NCBI GenBank assembly: GCA_951406725.2
Contig: OX597816.1
Coordinates: 13,516,001-13,580,000 of the forward strand
Origin: Octopus vulgaris
Taxonomy: Eukaryota
Length of the DNA stretch: 64,000 nt
Reading direction: 5' to 3'
Under the pieces are notes generated by a model, which saw only the letters and a program-made list of their open reading frames with translations, was not told where the DNA came from and did no database searches. The first letter of the stretch is position 1. Every line of letters starts with the position of its first letter. Positions 14,363-27,469 of the stretch are shown piece by piece. A program made the position numbers and the translations under genes.

Positions 14363-14404
14363 TCTATGAGATAATATAATACCGTAACAACAACTTGATT
14401 ATAA

Positions 14405-14790
14405 ATGGCATGGCTTGTGGTAAGGAGCTTCGCAACCACATGGTTCTGGGTTCAGTACTACTGCATGGCACCTTGGACAAATGTCTTCTGCTATAGCCTT
14501 GAGCCGACTAGATCGTTGTGGGTGGATTTGGTGGACAGAAACTGAAAGAATCCCATCGTATGTGCAGATCTGTGTGTGTCTCTGCTTTTGTCCCCCACCC
14601 CCGCTTGACAGCCAGTGTTAGTGTGTTTACGTCCTCGTAACTTAACGGTTCGGCAAAAGAGACCAATAGAATAAGTACCAAGCTTTTAAAAAGAAATAAG
14701 TCTTGGGGTTGATTCATTCGACTAAAACATCTTCAAGACGGTGCCCCAGCATGGCCACAGTCTAATGATCGAAACAAGTAGAAGAATACT
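14405..14790 (+). mobile_element. tRNA-derived CORE-type SINE family B
   Basis: Head ggttctgggttcagt, CORE-like gcaccttggacaaatgtc, and tail ccagcatggccacag...gaaacaagta. Confidence 0.85.
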
Positions 14791-15281
14791 TATAACAGAA
14801 GGAATACTGTAAAACGAACCGAAAGATTTATAAAAGACCAATGACTGATCGATAAAGGTGTGATTGGAAACGCTTAGGCAAAGAACGATATGGTTCTGAC
14901 GGTAATCCCTGCCCGGGGACGAAGGAAACGCTAGCCATGGTTAAGATATTGTTGGTAGCAAGAAAGAAATTTATTGAGGAAGAGAGTAATACGAAACTAT
15001 ACAAAAGAAAGAACTGAGAAAACGAAATTAATTCTTTTCAGGAATGGTATCTCTCTCGAAGAGTTTTCTTTTCACCACTTTTCTTCAGCTCCATTCTATC
15101 ACCTTTAACTAAAAAGATAGATTAGATTGTATACGGATACAATAAAGTGCTGTATGGTATCAATTAATCATATTTTCTACACGTATGGTCATACGATGGA
15201 TGAATTTTGGTCTGCTTAAAGTGACGAACGTTTCGAATATCTTTTTTTTTTCTCTATGGTATAACCCACACATTCATTGCT

Positions 15282-15675
15282 GTGGAGGGGCAATGGCCCA
15301 GTGGTTAGGGCAGCGGATTCGCGGTCATAGAATCGCGGTTTCGATTCCTAGACCGGGCGTTGTGAGTGTTTATTGAACGAAAACACCTAAAAGCTCCACG
15401 AGGCTCCGGCAGGGGATGGTGGTGACCCCTGCTGTACTCTTTTACCACAACTTTCTCTTACTCTTACTTCCTGTTTCTGTTGTACCTGTATTTCAAGAGG
15501 CCGGCCTTGTCACTCTCTGTGTCACGCTGAATCCCCCCCCCCCCCCGAGAACTACGTTAAGGGTGCACGTGTCTGTGGAGTGCTCAGCCACTTACACGTT
15601 AATTTCACGAGCAGGCTGTTCCGTTGATTCGGATCAACCGGAACCCTCATCGTCGTAACCGACGGAGTGCTTCCA
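15282..15675 (+). mobile_element. tRNA-derived SINE family C with 15-bp target-site duplication
   Basis: A box tggcccagtggt, B box gtttcgattcc; TSD cacacattcattgct at 15267-15281 and 15676-15690. Confidence 0.9.
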
Positions 15676-16042
15676 CACACATTCATTGCTAGGGGCTTTC
15701 AATTCATCCGAACCCGTTACTTTCGAATATGGGAAGATTTATTCCAAAAACGAAGATGGTAGAAAACGAAATAAAAATCTAAAGTTTTACATAATTAAAT
15801 AAGAAGACAAGAGGAAAACTAAGAACGCCAAATAGCATTTTACCAGAAGAAAAAAAACTAACAAGAGAAACCTTCCAGCTTATTATCACCCACCAAAGAA
15901 CATCATTCAACACCAAAATTCAGAAACGACAAGATAAATGGATAAATATATGTGCTGGTGGTAGAAAATAATAAAAAAAATCCCGGAGTGGTCTACAGCG
16001 CTTCAAGACAGAGTAAAAAAAAATTAGCAAAGCTTAGAAATA

Positions 16043-16207
16043 GGCGTAGGAGTGGCTGTGTGGTAAGTAGCTTGCTTACCAGCCACATGGTTCTGGGTTC
16101 AGTCCCACTGCGTGACACCTTAAGCAAGTGTCTTCTGCTATAGCCTCGGGCCGACCAAAGCCTTGTGAGTGGATTTGGTAGACGGAAACTGAAAGAAGCC
16201 CGTCGTA

Positions 16208-16260
<53 letters not shown>

Positions 16261-16485
16261 GTATGTGTGTTTGTGTTTATGTATTTGTGTTTGTCCCCCC
16301 ATCATCGCTTGACAACCGATGGTGGTGTGTATACGTCCCCGTAACATAGCGGTTCGGCAAAAGAGACCGATAGAATAAGTACTAGGCTTACGAAGAATAA
16401 GCCCTGGGGTTGATTTACTCCACTAAAGGCAGTGCTCCAGAATGGCCACAATCAAATGACTGAAACAAGTAAAAGAGTAAAAGTG
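16043..16485 (+). mobile_element. SINE family B, full length, with internal (TA)n/(TG)n
   Basis: A box tggctgtgtggt, B box gggttcagtccc, CORE-like block, internal microsatellite and (gtaaaaga)n tail. Confidence 0.92.
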
Positions 16486-17329
16486 TAAGTGTAAATATAC
16501 ATTATAAACATCTGCCCAACACAAATAGTATATGAAATCCATTATGGAATATTCAAGTCCTAAGACAGGCAACTGCCAAAGGTTTTAGAACGTTGGGTAG
16601 ATTACTTTGCGATAACCGTTCTGGTTATCAGCGCTCTGAGTTCAAATACAATCGAGAATTAAAACTTAGAGATTTAGACTTTCATCCTTTCGGAGTCGAT
16701 AGATAAAGTACCAGTCGTGTACTAGGTTCGTTTCATCTCTTGCTTTCTTTCATCCTTTGTATCTGTCTCACTTTATGAAAGAAATCGGCTATAATCAGAC
16801 CTGGACCGTATGTCATCACTGTGATCCTACGACTCCGTCAGAGAGCTAAGGGCCTAAGGCAAAGCAAAGCATTTAAGTCTTGCTAGAAACTCTAATGTAT
16901 ATACAAAAACTGGACCCATTAGATACTGTAGTTCTACATACTTCTAACAAATACTAGATGAGTATAGCTGAAATACTCTAAATCGTAGCCTGCGCAATTA
17001 GACCTGGGGTTCAAAATCAACAGCAGCCACAAGTGCATACAGGGTAACATTAGTAACTTAGTAATGGAAATATCAAGGGATCAATCAAACTGTCGGATGT
17101 TATGCATCGCTTTGCATTGTGTTTAGCTTTCGAATGACGCCGCCACCCATCGCTGGCTAGGCAGGCAGGCCAACATTTCCCTCTGATCAAAAGACTAGTC
17201 TGTCTCAGTCTTAACCATTTACATGGGGTGGATTGGAGCACCGTGAAATGACGCTCGCTACGAGAATCGAATCCACGATCTAGCGGTCGAGAGTACAACA
17301 CCCAAGCCACTAAGCCACGTGCCTCCACA

Positions 17330-18860
17330 ATGAAAATGTTACATTCCCCAATTGACACAATGTCTCTGAATGCAGGAAACACTGAGAAATGGTTAACGAG
17401 ATAGATGGATGTCAAACCTGAAATGCTGAATAAATGAGGAAAAAACCATCATTCCACCATCTGCTTGCAGGATATTTGTTTCCTTCATAACGGTTGGATA
17501 TGGTTGGACAAACAAAAGCAACAGAAACAAACCTTAGTAGTATGATATTTTGACGACTCCCAGGTAATAATAAAAAAAGGATTTGGAGAATCTAAACTGA
17601 GTCAATAAATCTGAAGAGACTTCTCTTCGTGACAATGATTTGAAAATAATGACAGATTATATAACAAGCAAATCAGGTGAAAAGTGAGGAACAGAGAAAA
17701 CTCTATTGAAATATGCTTAAACAAAAGGATTGTGTTGAAAGCATTTCCCATTACAGCAGAGCATTGTGAGAGGTTTCAGAAAGAAAAAAAAACATTAACC
17801 TCACCAATGAAATAGGAAAGCAATTTGCTTGTTTAGTAGCAATCCAAATATCAAAAATATATAAACACGGTGTTAAAAGGTGGAGTGAACATTGAGACAA
17901 ATACGAAACTGCAACGTGGATTAAAGAATGAAGCAAAGGAGACAAAAATAGTAAAAAAAATAAGTCTATGGATGCTGAATTACGTAAACAAAGAAATGCC
18001 CAAAAATTAAAATAGTTAAAATAAGGAAACAAATAAAAATGAATTTAGGAAATATAGCATCAAGAGAAAAGAGTAAGTCACAGAAATAGAAAAGAGATTA
18101 AGATAAGAAATATCGGCAAAGACAACGTATTAAGCGATTTGAATGGCGTAAATGTTTCTTTAACATAATGAACTATTTGAAAGAAAGCTCAGAGCATTCT
18201 ATAGAAGATTAAGTAAGTCAATCATAGAGATAACGGCATCGGCAAAGAAAGCTAAAAATAATGAAATAGTAGGTAGATGTATTGTGGGCTGCTGTCACCC
18301 ACAACGAAAATAGCAGCAGAGTTTGTGCAAGAGGTTGAACAAAAGGTAGAAAATAAAATGCAAGGATTGCGAAATATATCGACCGAAGAAATGAGCGTAG
18401 CATTAAAAATAGCAGCAAAAGGGGAAAAAATCCCTATAATCGATAAGGTGCTTAAGTATTGGCTGAAAAATCTAACAAGTACACACAGGGCCGTTGCGAT
18501 GGGGGCTTTCAGCAAGATAGCTATAACAATAATAGATAATGGCAAACTGGTTGCTGGGAGATAAGAAAACAATTATTTCTAAGAACTTCCAAACCATCAA
18601 CCTTAACGTAATCAGTCTATCGGTAACATAAAGGACATTGACATCCACCCTCTCAGATGGAGTGAACGAAAACCAGGCAAAGGATAAAATCTTAATGGAT
18701 TACCGGAGGAACAAAAAACGAATGTCGAGAAGAGTCGTATGGAATTGTGGGCCAAATTGTCTTTAAGAGAATGTAAAAGAGGGACCAAAAATATAGAATA
18801 AAATTAATCCCTCATAGATTTCCGATAGCAAAGCCTTGCATAACAACCCACGTTTTTGCA
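17330..18860 (+). pseudogene. Second decayed R4/Dong-like retrotransposon segment
   Basis: ORF 18277-18564 (ISTEEMSVALK...IDKVLKYWLKNLTSTH) resembles the KAPG.D.I..YW.K.L region; EQK.CRE.SYG-like motif near 18710. Confidence 0.5.
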
Positions 18861-18864
18861 TTAT

Positions 18865-19265
18865 CTCCTTTACTCTTTTACTTGTTTCAGTCATTTAACT
18901 GTGGCCATGCTGGAGCACCCCCTTTAGTCGAGTAAATCGACCCCAGGATTTATTTTTTGTAAGCCTAGTCGGTCTCTTATGCCGAACCGCTAAGTTACGG
19001 GGATGTAAACACATCAACACCGGTTGTCAAGCGATGTTGGTGGGGGGACAAACACAGACACACAAACATATACCCACACACACAAATACATATATATATG
19101 TATACATATATACGACAGGCTTCTTTCAGTTTCCGTCTACCAAATCCACTCACAAGGCTTTGATCGGCTCGAGGCTATAGTAGAAGACACACGCCCAAGG
19201 AGCCACGCAGTGAGACTGAACCCGGAACCATGTGGTTGGTAAGCAAGCTACTTACCACACACCCA
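18865..19265 (-). mobile_element. SINE family B
   Basis: Reverse complement of the family B consensus. Confidence 0.9.
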
Positions 19266-19695
19266 CTTATTCATTTTCATTTATTTATTATTTATTTATT
19301 TATTTATTTTAAGTGACGAGCTGTAATAATAGTTAGCGCGTCGGACAAAATGCTTAAGGGCGTTTCGTCCGTCTTCTCGTTCTTAGTTCAAATTCTGTTG
19401 AGGTTGGTTTTTGCCTTTCATCCAATCGGGATCGATAAAACAAGTTCCATTCGAACCCTGGAGTCGATGTAGTCGATGAGACACCTACCCCCAAAATTTC
19501 AGTCCTCGCACCCATCATAGGAGCGAATATTTATTCATTTAATCAATGTAGTTTAGTACAGCTCCAGAAAACAGTGTTATTAGGGACTGCTAGAATATTT
19601 AAGAGGGTTTTTGGCATCTAAGGTTACTTGTTGTAGTCTACTCTAGGAATTTTTTTTCAATAATTTAATTTGTTGTGCATGTATGGCGTATATTA

Positions 19696-19841
<146 letters not shown>

Positions 19842-19847
19842 ACTAGT

Positions 19848-19955
19848 TGCATGTGCCTAGTGTACCCTTATCAGACGGGTTGTCATGATGGGTATACTGG
19901 GATTCGTATATTTTATCCCAGTGTCACTTTGATGGAATGCACTGCTCTCCCACTC
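19848..19955 (+). mobile_element. 5'-truncated copy of element E between AAT tracts
   Basis: Matches 60552-60660. Confidence 0.85.
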
Positions 19956-20000
19956 AATAACAATAATAATAATAATGATGATGATGATGATGATGATGTC

Positions 20001-20035
<35 letters not shown>

Positions 20036-20059
20036 GGAGGAGGAGGAGGAGGAGGAGGA

Positions 20060-22062
20060 GAGGACAGCAGCTGGACGTGTTCTTTGCTTCTCTGACCAGT
20101 CAGCAGCCGAAAACACAGAAACACTAATACAACCCAGCTGGACAACTGAACAATAACTCTCAAAGAGTGAACATTCTACAAATAAATAAGGAAGGACAAA
20201 ATAACCGTTGAAGACCCCCCCCCCACTTCGGGCCTGCCATGGAAGAAGTTAAAACCTTCTGAAAAAAAATATAATGAAAAGACTTACAATGAAAATGCAG
20301 ACTGGATTAGACACACAGAAGTATCCTACCAAAACTTACCAGGACAAGCATTGGAAGGCATCACAATAGCAGACCCAAGGATTATACTCATGAAGGCTTA
20401 TAAGTGGAAATCTCCTGATAGTGATAGGGTGCCAAATTTCTGGTTGACTTCGCTCCCGTGCGCACACGATAAGTTAGCCCAGTTATTCAATGAAATTATG
20501 AGGGATCCTACAAAAACAATTGATTGGCTAGCAAAAGGTATTACTTACCTACTCCCGAAAAATAATGAAACTAAATTTCTCCAAAACTATTGGCCCAATT
20601 TTAACATCCATCCTCGTGGAGAAAACAAATTTATGGAACAGAACGATATTTTCCCCACTGAACAAAAAGGATGCCGACGAGGTTCATATGAATGCAAAGG
20701 CCAACTCTTAATCAATCGCATGATCCCTGAGAACTGTCATATCAAACGCAGAAATCTCAGTTCTGCATGAATTGATTATAAAAATGCCTTTGATAGCAAA
20801 CCGCATTCATGGGTCTTGAAATCGCTGGATATCTTCAACATTTCTCCTGTGATTTCAAGCTTCCCGAAGCACAACATGTCAATGTGGAATACGAATTTCC
20901 AATTATGCCACTCTAATGGAATACTGACCGCAAAAAAAATATTGATATCAACTGCCATGTTTTCCAAGGTGACTCACTTTCATCTTTAATTTTCTGCATA
21001 GCCCTAATACTCTTTACAAGTGAACTTAATAGAACAGGGTATGGATATAAAATTGCCGACAAGAAAGTAAATCATCTATTTTATATGGATGACTTAAAAC
21101 TCTACGGCAAGAGACGATAATGAGCTTGAAGGACTACTACGTACTATGAAAGCATTCAGTGATGACATCAGCATGGAATTTGGTCTTGATAAATATGCCA
21201 AGGTCACTTTCCAGAAAGGGAAACTGAAGACCTCATATTCAGCGGTGTTGGATTTTGACACAGTCATAAAAAAAGAACTCGAGCAGGAACGAACTTAGAA
21301 ATACCTCGGAATAAATGAGGGCTCTGGCATTCAACATGCGAGTATGAAAGAGAAGATCAGGAAGGAGTGTTACAGGAGAGTTCGATCAGTCCTAAAATCT
21401 GAGTTAAATGCACGTAACAAGGTGTTAGCTATAAATTCCTTGGCAGTTCCGGTTGTTATTTGCAGTTTAAATGTGTTGAACTGGAATATGAGCGAAATAA
21501 GGAAGATTGAAGGGAAAATCAATAAGCTGCTGACTTGCAATAAAATGCACCAACCGAAGGCAGACGCAGATCGTCTTTGTCTACCTAGAGCTCAAGGAAG
21601 TCGCGGCTTGATCCCATTTGAAATCTCCCACAAAACCACCTCAATTGGACTGGCAGAATATCTTGAAACATCTAACGTCTGGATGCTAAAGCTCGTTGGA
21701 AACCATGAAAGACGTAAGACGCTACATTCTGTTATGAAGGAGAGCAAAATAATTTCAAGTGAGTTTATGCAGGTTGAACAGCATAAGGGAAGTGTAGCAA
21801 CTGTAGTTGCAAAGAAGGTGAAACCAATAGCAAAGTAAAATGTGTTTGAACAATTGGCTGATAGGTGGGAATAAAAACCTCTGCACGGCAGATATGTGGC
21901 CCGTAGCAAACAAGCTGATGTAGACCAGGAGCACACCCATCGGTGGCTATAGAGCCCAGGGCTAAAGGCAGAGAATGAAGGCTTTATCTTGGTTGGCCAA
22001 GATCAGAGCTTATTGACTCTGAACTATCAAGCCAACGTGCTGAGAATGATGTAGAACTAAAG
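20060..22062 (+). mobile_element. R4/Dong-clade non-LTR retrotransposon, RT pseudogene
   Basis: KSPDSDRVPNFWL, EQKGCRRGS...QLLIN, IDYKNAFDS.PHSW, FQGDSLS, NHLFYMDDLKLY, YLGINE, LNARNKVLAINSLAVPV, LPRAQGSRGL, QDQSL.T.NY; frameshifted. Confidence 0.9.
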
Positions 22063-22097
22063 TGCCCTGATGCAGTACCAATGCACTGATGCAGTGT

Positions 22098-22345
22098 CAG
22101 GCGTTGTGTGTGTTTATTGAGCGAAAACACCTAAAATCTCCACGAGGCTCCGGCAGGGAGTAGTGGCGACCCCTGTTGTACTCTTTCGCCCCAACTTTCT
22201 CTCAATCTCTCTTCCTGTTTCTTGAGTAACGCTGCGATGGACCGGCGTCCCGTCCAGCTGGGGGGAAACACATACGCCACAGAAACCGGGAAACCGGGCC
22301 CATGAGTCTGGCTAGGCTTGAAAAGGGCGCATAAATAAAAAAAAA
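22098..22345 (+). mobile_element. SINE family C (5'-truncated) with the alternative 3' tail
   Basis: ggcgttgtgtgtgtttattgagcgaaaacacc body plus ctgcgatggaccggcgtcccgtccagc...aaaagggcgcataaataa tail. Confidence 0.85.
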
Positions 22346-22619
22346 TAGATATATCAATGTTCTAGAAAAACAGCCGTATTAGGATCTCTGCAAACATTGT
22401 TAGAGCAATTCTCTCACAGCTTTTGTTAAGCTTGGATATTTTTCGTGAATAAGAAGCTCGCTTAGTAAGCACATAGTTTCAGAGTTTCAGTTTTATTGCA
22501 TGGCACCTTGGACAAAGTATCTCTTACTGCTATTGCCCCGATCCGACCAAAGGCTTGTGAGTAACTTCGGTGGACGGAAGCACTTACTGGATGTTATTTA
22601 AAATCATAGTTTTATATAT

Positions 22620-22674
<55 letters not shown>

Positions 22675-22706
22675 TGAGAGAGTTGGTGTGTGAAAGCACG
22701 TGGTTG

Positions 22707-23020
22707 GATATATAAAAAATTATAAAGAGTGAAAAATCTACAGAAGGCTTGTTTTATAAGGTTAAAGAATATATTTAGAAAAATGTTAGAAAATTTTGTA
22801 CCCTGCCTGGAATCCCATACTTCTTCATAGCGATGGCATGACACGATGTAGGTAAAAGAAATTTGAAAACAAAATACGAAACCGATTATTTCTCAAAAAG
22901 CTATGTTACTATACACAAAATTTTATAACATTTTTCTAACATAACGACTTAAATATATTGTTTAACCTTTTAACACAAGCCTTCTGTAGTTTTTCCACTC
23001 TTTTTTTATTTTATATATCT
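22707..23020. mobile_element. (TA)n-flanked fold-back element
   Basis: 22707-22800 is the imperfect reverse complement of 22915-23020 (ctacagaaggcttg / caagccttctgtag). Confidence 0.75.
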
Positions 23021-23029
23021 ATATATAAA

Positions 23030-23366
23030 GGTAAAGACCCCCTTCGGTCATGAGTGACCATGGGTTTGCACCTAGAGAGTTACCCTCTGAGGCACAAGTC
23101 TGGGCAAGGTTGTTTTATGGAAGACCAGTAGTCGCCCATGCATACCGGCCTCCCCTCTCCACGCCACCAGTGTTATCCAAGGGAAAGACAAAGGTCGATA
23201 CAGCTTGGAACCTGTGACGTCGCAACTCATTTCTACAGTTGAGGGAACTGGAGCAACGTGAAATAAAGTGTCTTGCTCAAGAACACAACACGCAGCCCGG
23301 TCCGGGATTCGAGCTCACAACCTCACGATCGTAAGCTCGACGCTCTAACCACTGAGCCATGCGCCT
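23030..23366 (-). mobile_element. tRNA-derived CORE-type SINE family D
   Basis: Minus strand ggcgcatggctcagtggttagagcg (A box), gagctcgaatcccgg (B box), cttgagcaagacac CORE-like block; second copy at 30420-30746. Confidence 0.9.
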
Positions 23367-23368
23367 AT

Positions 23369-23770
<402 letters not shown>

Positions 23771-23853
23771 GGTCCCGGGTTGATTCGGGGTTAACCACAG
23801 TAAATAAGGTACTCAATACATAGCAGAGTAAAAATAATTTATTATATAGAAGG

Positions 23854-23904
23854 AGCTTCTACAGGACTAGAACTGTTTCATTCAAGAGAAATCTTCAGGA
23901 AGCT
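23854..23904 (-). ncRNA. Type I hammerhead ribozyme, mirror copy of 23901-23951
   Basis: Reverse complement is identical except one stem III loop base (uucuaguc). Confidence 0.85.
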
Positions 23905-23951
23905 TCCTGAAGATTTCTCTTGAATGAAACAGTTCTTGTCCTGTAGAAGCT
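23901..23951 (+). ncRNA. Type I hammerhead ribozyme, intact core
   Basis: AGCUUC CUGAAGA U-UUC-UCUU-GAA-U GAA ACAG uucuuguc CUGU A | GAAGCU: stem I 6 bp, stem III 4 bp, predicted GUA cleavage after 23945. Confidence 0.85.
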
Positions 23952-23953
23952 CC

Positions 23954-23990
<37 letters not shown>

Positions 23991-24310
23991 CCATTCCTTC
24001 TAAGTCAATTTAGCGTCTTTCACTTTCCCTTGGTGTACCGCTTCTAATTTACTAAAGACACTCCAAGGCTTTTGTAATACTGTTGTATTACGATAGCATA
24101 GGGTTACGTGTACTTCTCATACTGATACTGTTCTACTATGGTCTGTGTTTAACAAGGTGCCTTGACTTCTTTATTTGAAGTCCGGTCCTGCTACGCCGAT
24201 TTGGCCTCTCTCAGTTATCTCCCGTCGGATGTATGTAAAATTTAAAGGCGGTGCTCCAACATGACCGCAGTCAAATGATTGAAACAAGTAAAAGAATATA
24301 AGAATATTTA

Positions 24311-24375
<65 letters not shown>

Positions 24376-24660
24376 ATACAAAGTGAAGGAAAATGAAAAC
24401 GCAAATCCTAGGCAGTCAACCAAATTCCAGAACGCATAAATGAAGATATTCAATCAATGCAATTGAATCATTATGTATGTATGTATGTATGTATGTATGT
24501 ATGTATGTATGTATGTATGTATGTACTATTTTGTATATGATAAAGGCCTATCAGTGCGCTCATAAAAATCCCTATGCTACTTGTTGCAGGGTACCGTATA
24601 TTATTCCCAATTTGCCGAGTTAACTATATGGGTACTTTGTGTAGCGTAGGATAAATATAT

Positions 24661-24892
24661 AAATGGTAAAAATTTCAATTCCTTGGATGACGTAAAAAGA
24701 TACCTTGATGAATTCTTTGCCCTGAAACCACCCCAATTCTGGGAAGAGGGTATTTTCAAGTTAAAGGTAGGATGGAGACGCATTGTGCAACAAAATGTTT
24801 CATATTTGGTTGATTAAAAATGTAATGGCAAGTATTTATTGACCTTTTTCTTTCCTTTAACAATCGGCATGAACTTTCCGGACAACCCAATA
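24661..24892 (+). mobile_element. Mariner transposase C-terminus plus right TIR
   Basis: NGKNFNSLDDVKRYLDEFFALKPPQFWEEGIFKLKVGWRRIVQQNVSYLVD*, then aactttccggacaacccaa-TA. Confidence 0.85.
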
Positions 24893-24991
24893 TTTACCTT
24901 GTACTATGTTATACTAAAGACAAAAACAAACAAGGGAGCCTATGCGTTGTTACTGGGCCTTGTAAGAAATATCGGCCAAGTCATACGCATA

Positions 24992-25166
24992 GGCGCAGGA
25001 GTGGCTGTGTGGTAAGTAGCTTGCTTACCAACCACATGGTTCCGGGTTCAGTCCCACTGCGTGGCACCTTGGGCAAGTGTCTTCTACTATAGCCTCGGGC
25101 AGACCAAAAGCCTTGTGAGTGGATCTGGTAGACGGAAACTGAAAGAAGCCCGTCGTATATATGTAA

Positions 25167-25216
<50 letters not shown>

Positions 25217-25437
25217 ATGTTTGTGTGTCTGTGTTTGTCCCCCTAGCATTGTTTGACAACCGATGCTGGTGTGTTTATGTCTCCGTCACTTAGCGGTTCG
25301 GCAAAAGAGACTGATAGAATAAGTACTGGGCTTACAAAGAACAAGTCCCGGGGTCGAGTTGCTCGACTAAAGGCGGTGCTCCAACATGGCCGCAGTCAAC
25401 TGACTGAAACAAGTAAAAGAGTAAAAGAGTAAAGAGT
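24992..25437 (+). mobile_element. SINE family B, full length
   Basis: Matches the family B consensus with internal (TA)n. Confidence 0.92.
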
Positions 25438-26243
25438 ATCGACAAACACCGTCGTTTTAGAGATTTACAAATGGGAAAACACATTGAATAATGTATTCCA
25501 GGATACACTATGCCTAATAATAAAACGTGATCGCTACAGCCTTTCGTTATAGGTTTGCTCGATCAGGGCTGACGTGCGAGTAAATAATACCAATGGCAGC
25601 ATCACAAATATATTAGTGAATGTGAAATAAAGACAAGTTTTGTTTGTCGTCGTAATTCACAGCTGCACTGACTTGACTGTTGCTTAAATAACTTAATCAT
25701 TTCTGGCAGGCATTTCAGTTTGGCTTTTAATTACATTTCACAAACAGAACAAACAGTACACAGTAAAATCAAGACCAAATTACAACGTGTTTGTCACCGG
25801 ATTAGGATTTTCAGATGAAAACAAATATTTGCAACTAATGGGATTGTCTGTGTCTGCAGCTTGGTGAACGTGAGGAACCAAGCGTCAGATCACGAAACTT
25901 GAATTAGATTTTGCTATTTATCGAAGACAGAATGTGCAGGAAGCTGCTGACCATTTCTAAAGCCAATGATTCTCTTCTTGTAACTGGCGTGTTTTGTTTA
26001 TGTCCATGAGAAAGTGACAATTTTTCCATCGATTTTACTCCACCTAATTGTTAACAGTTCCCATGTAGTTATAGGCAAAGGCGTGGCTGTGTGGTAAAAA
26101 GTTTGCTTCCCAACCATTTGGCTCCGAGTTCGGTCCTACTGCGTGGCACCTTGAGCAAGAGTCTTCTACTATAGACTCGGGGCAACCAAAGCCTTGGGAG
26201 TGGATTCGGTAGATGGAAACAGGAAGAAACCCGTCATGTATAA

Positions 26244-26291
<48 letters not shown>

Positions 26292-26522
26292 ATAAGATCG
26301 TTAATTTAAAAATAGAATAACGATTTTATCAAGTGGTCAGCATGGAATAAAATAACCTTCAAAGGTAATAATTATTAAAATTATAAATTAGGGTATCTAC
26401 GAGATACAACCATACTGTAAATAGCAGCCATGATCTGACTTTAAAACCACCTTAATTGTCCATATGTCAACACGGAGAGAAAACAAAGAGACAAGATGAA
26501 GCTAGTAAAAAATTCCTGGATA

Positions 26523-26581
26523 ATTCTAGATCCTGGATTTCTGGCTTTGCATTTAGGAATGCTTTGCCTCGTCAGTAGAAT
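26523..26581 (-). ncRNA. Type I hammerhead ribozyme, intact core, inside a (TA)n-flanked element (26290-26600)
   Basis: Minus strand AUUCUA CUGACGA GGC-aaa-GCAUU-ccua-AAUGC-aaa-GCC A GAA AUCC-A-GGAU C | UAGAAU: stem I 6 bp, quasi-palindromic stem III, AUC site. Confidence 0.85.
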
Positions 26582-26620
26582 ACACACAGAAGAGAAACAA
26601 ATATATATATATAAGCACAT

Positions 26621-26657
<37 letters not shown>

Positions 26658-26794
26658 CATACATACATACATACATACATACATACATGCATACACACAC
26701 ACACACACAGATATATATATATATATATATATACATACATACATACATACATACATACATACATACATACATACATACATGCATACACACACAA

Positions 26795-26844
<50 letters not shown>

Positions 26845-26859
26845 GTATATATATATATA

Positions 26860-27405
26860 TAAGTTGATCAAAATAAAAACATGATGTCAAGGATTCAGCG
26901 GTACATATGTTTCGGGCCTTTATTAGACAGATTTATAACAATGCATAATGTATGTCTGTGGCCTTCTTCAGTCGCGCACAACAGCTTCCACAAGGACATG
27001 TGTTACATCAAAAATTCTTGGTTGGGGATGCAAATCCTCTCATTCGCGTACGACATAATGCGGCAACAGCATAGAATTGAAGCGTCCATCTCTTTCTTCT
27101 CTCAATGTAGAATGGACGCTTCAATTCTATGCTGTTGCCGCATTATGTCGTACGCGAATGAGAGGATTTGCATCCCCAACCAAGAATTTTTGATGTAACA
27201 CATGTCCTTGTGGAAGCTGTTGTGCGCGGCTGAAGAAGGCCACAGACATACATTATGCATTGTTATAAATCTGTCTAATAAAGGCCCGAAACATATGTAC
27301 CGCTGAATCCTTGGCATCATGTTTTTATTTTGATCAACTTACTCCACCACCTACACCACCAAACGGTATACACAGGTGCTTATAATTATCAAGTACTCAC
27401 CCCGA

Positions 27406-27410
<5 letters not shown>
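26860..27410. mobile_element. Near-perfect 230-bp-arm palindrome element between (TA)n tracts, carrying two mirrored HHRs
   Basis: 26860-27089 versus 27112-27341 with about 2 mismatches seen; 22-nt spacer; unique terminal extension 27342-27410. Confidence 0.9.
27226..27303 (+). ncRNA. Type I hammerhead ribozyme with long stem II (mirror copy at 26898-26975, minus)
   Basis: GCGG CUGAAGA A GGCC-acaga...ucugu..-GGCC C GAA AC-AUAU-GU A | CCGC; predicted cleavage after 27299. Confidence 0.85.

Positions 27411-27469
<59 letters not shown>

Larger units (their letters stand above)
12790..16610 (+). pseudogene. Old, highly decayed R4/Dong-like retrotransposon interrupted by SINEs
   Basis: Degenerate motifs in the expected order: QRI..YEK...NKLF..DPKRYYQQLG (~13675-13770), KDQ*LIDK (~14835), GDSFSPL-like (~15060), INHIFY (~15163). 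Confidence 0.55.

Noticed and set aside
23290-23366. tRNA-like sequences (also at 15282, 30670, 36897, 58620)
   Set aside because: They continue into SINE bodies; these are SINE heads, not tRNA genes.
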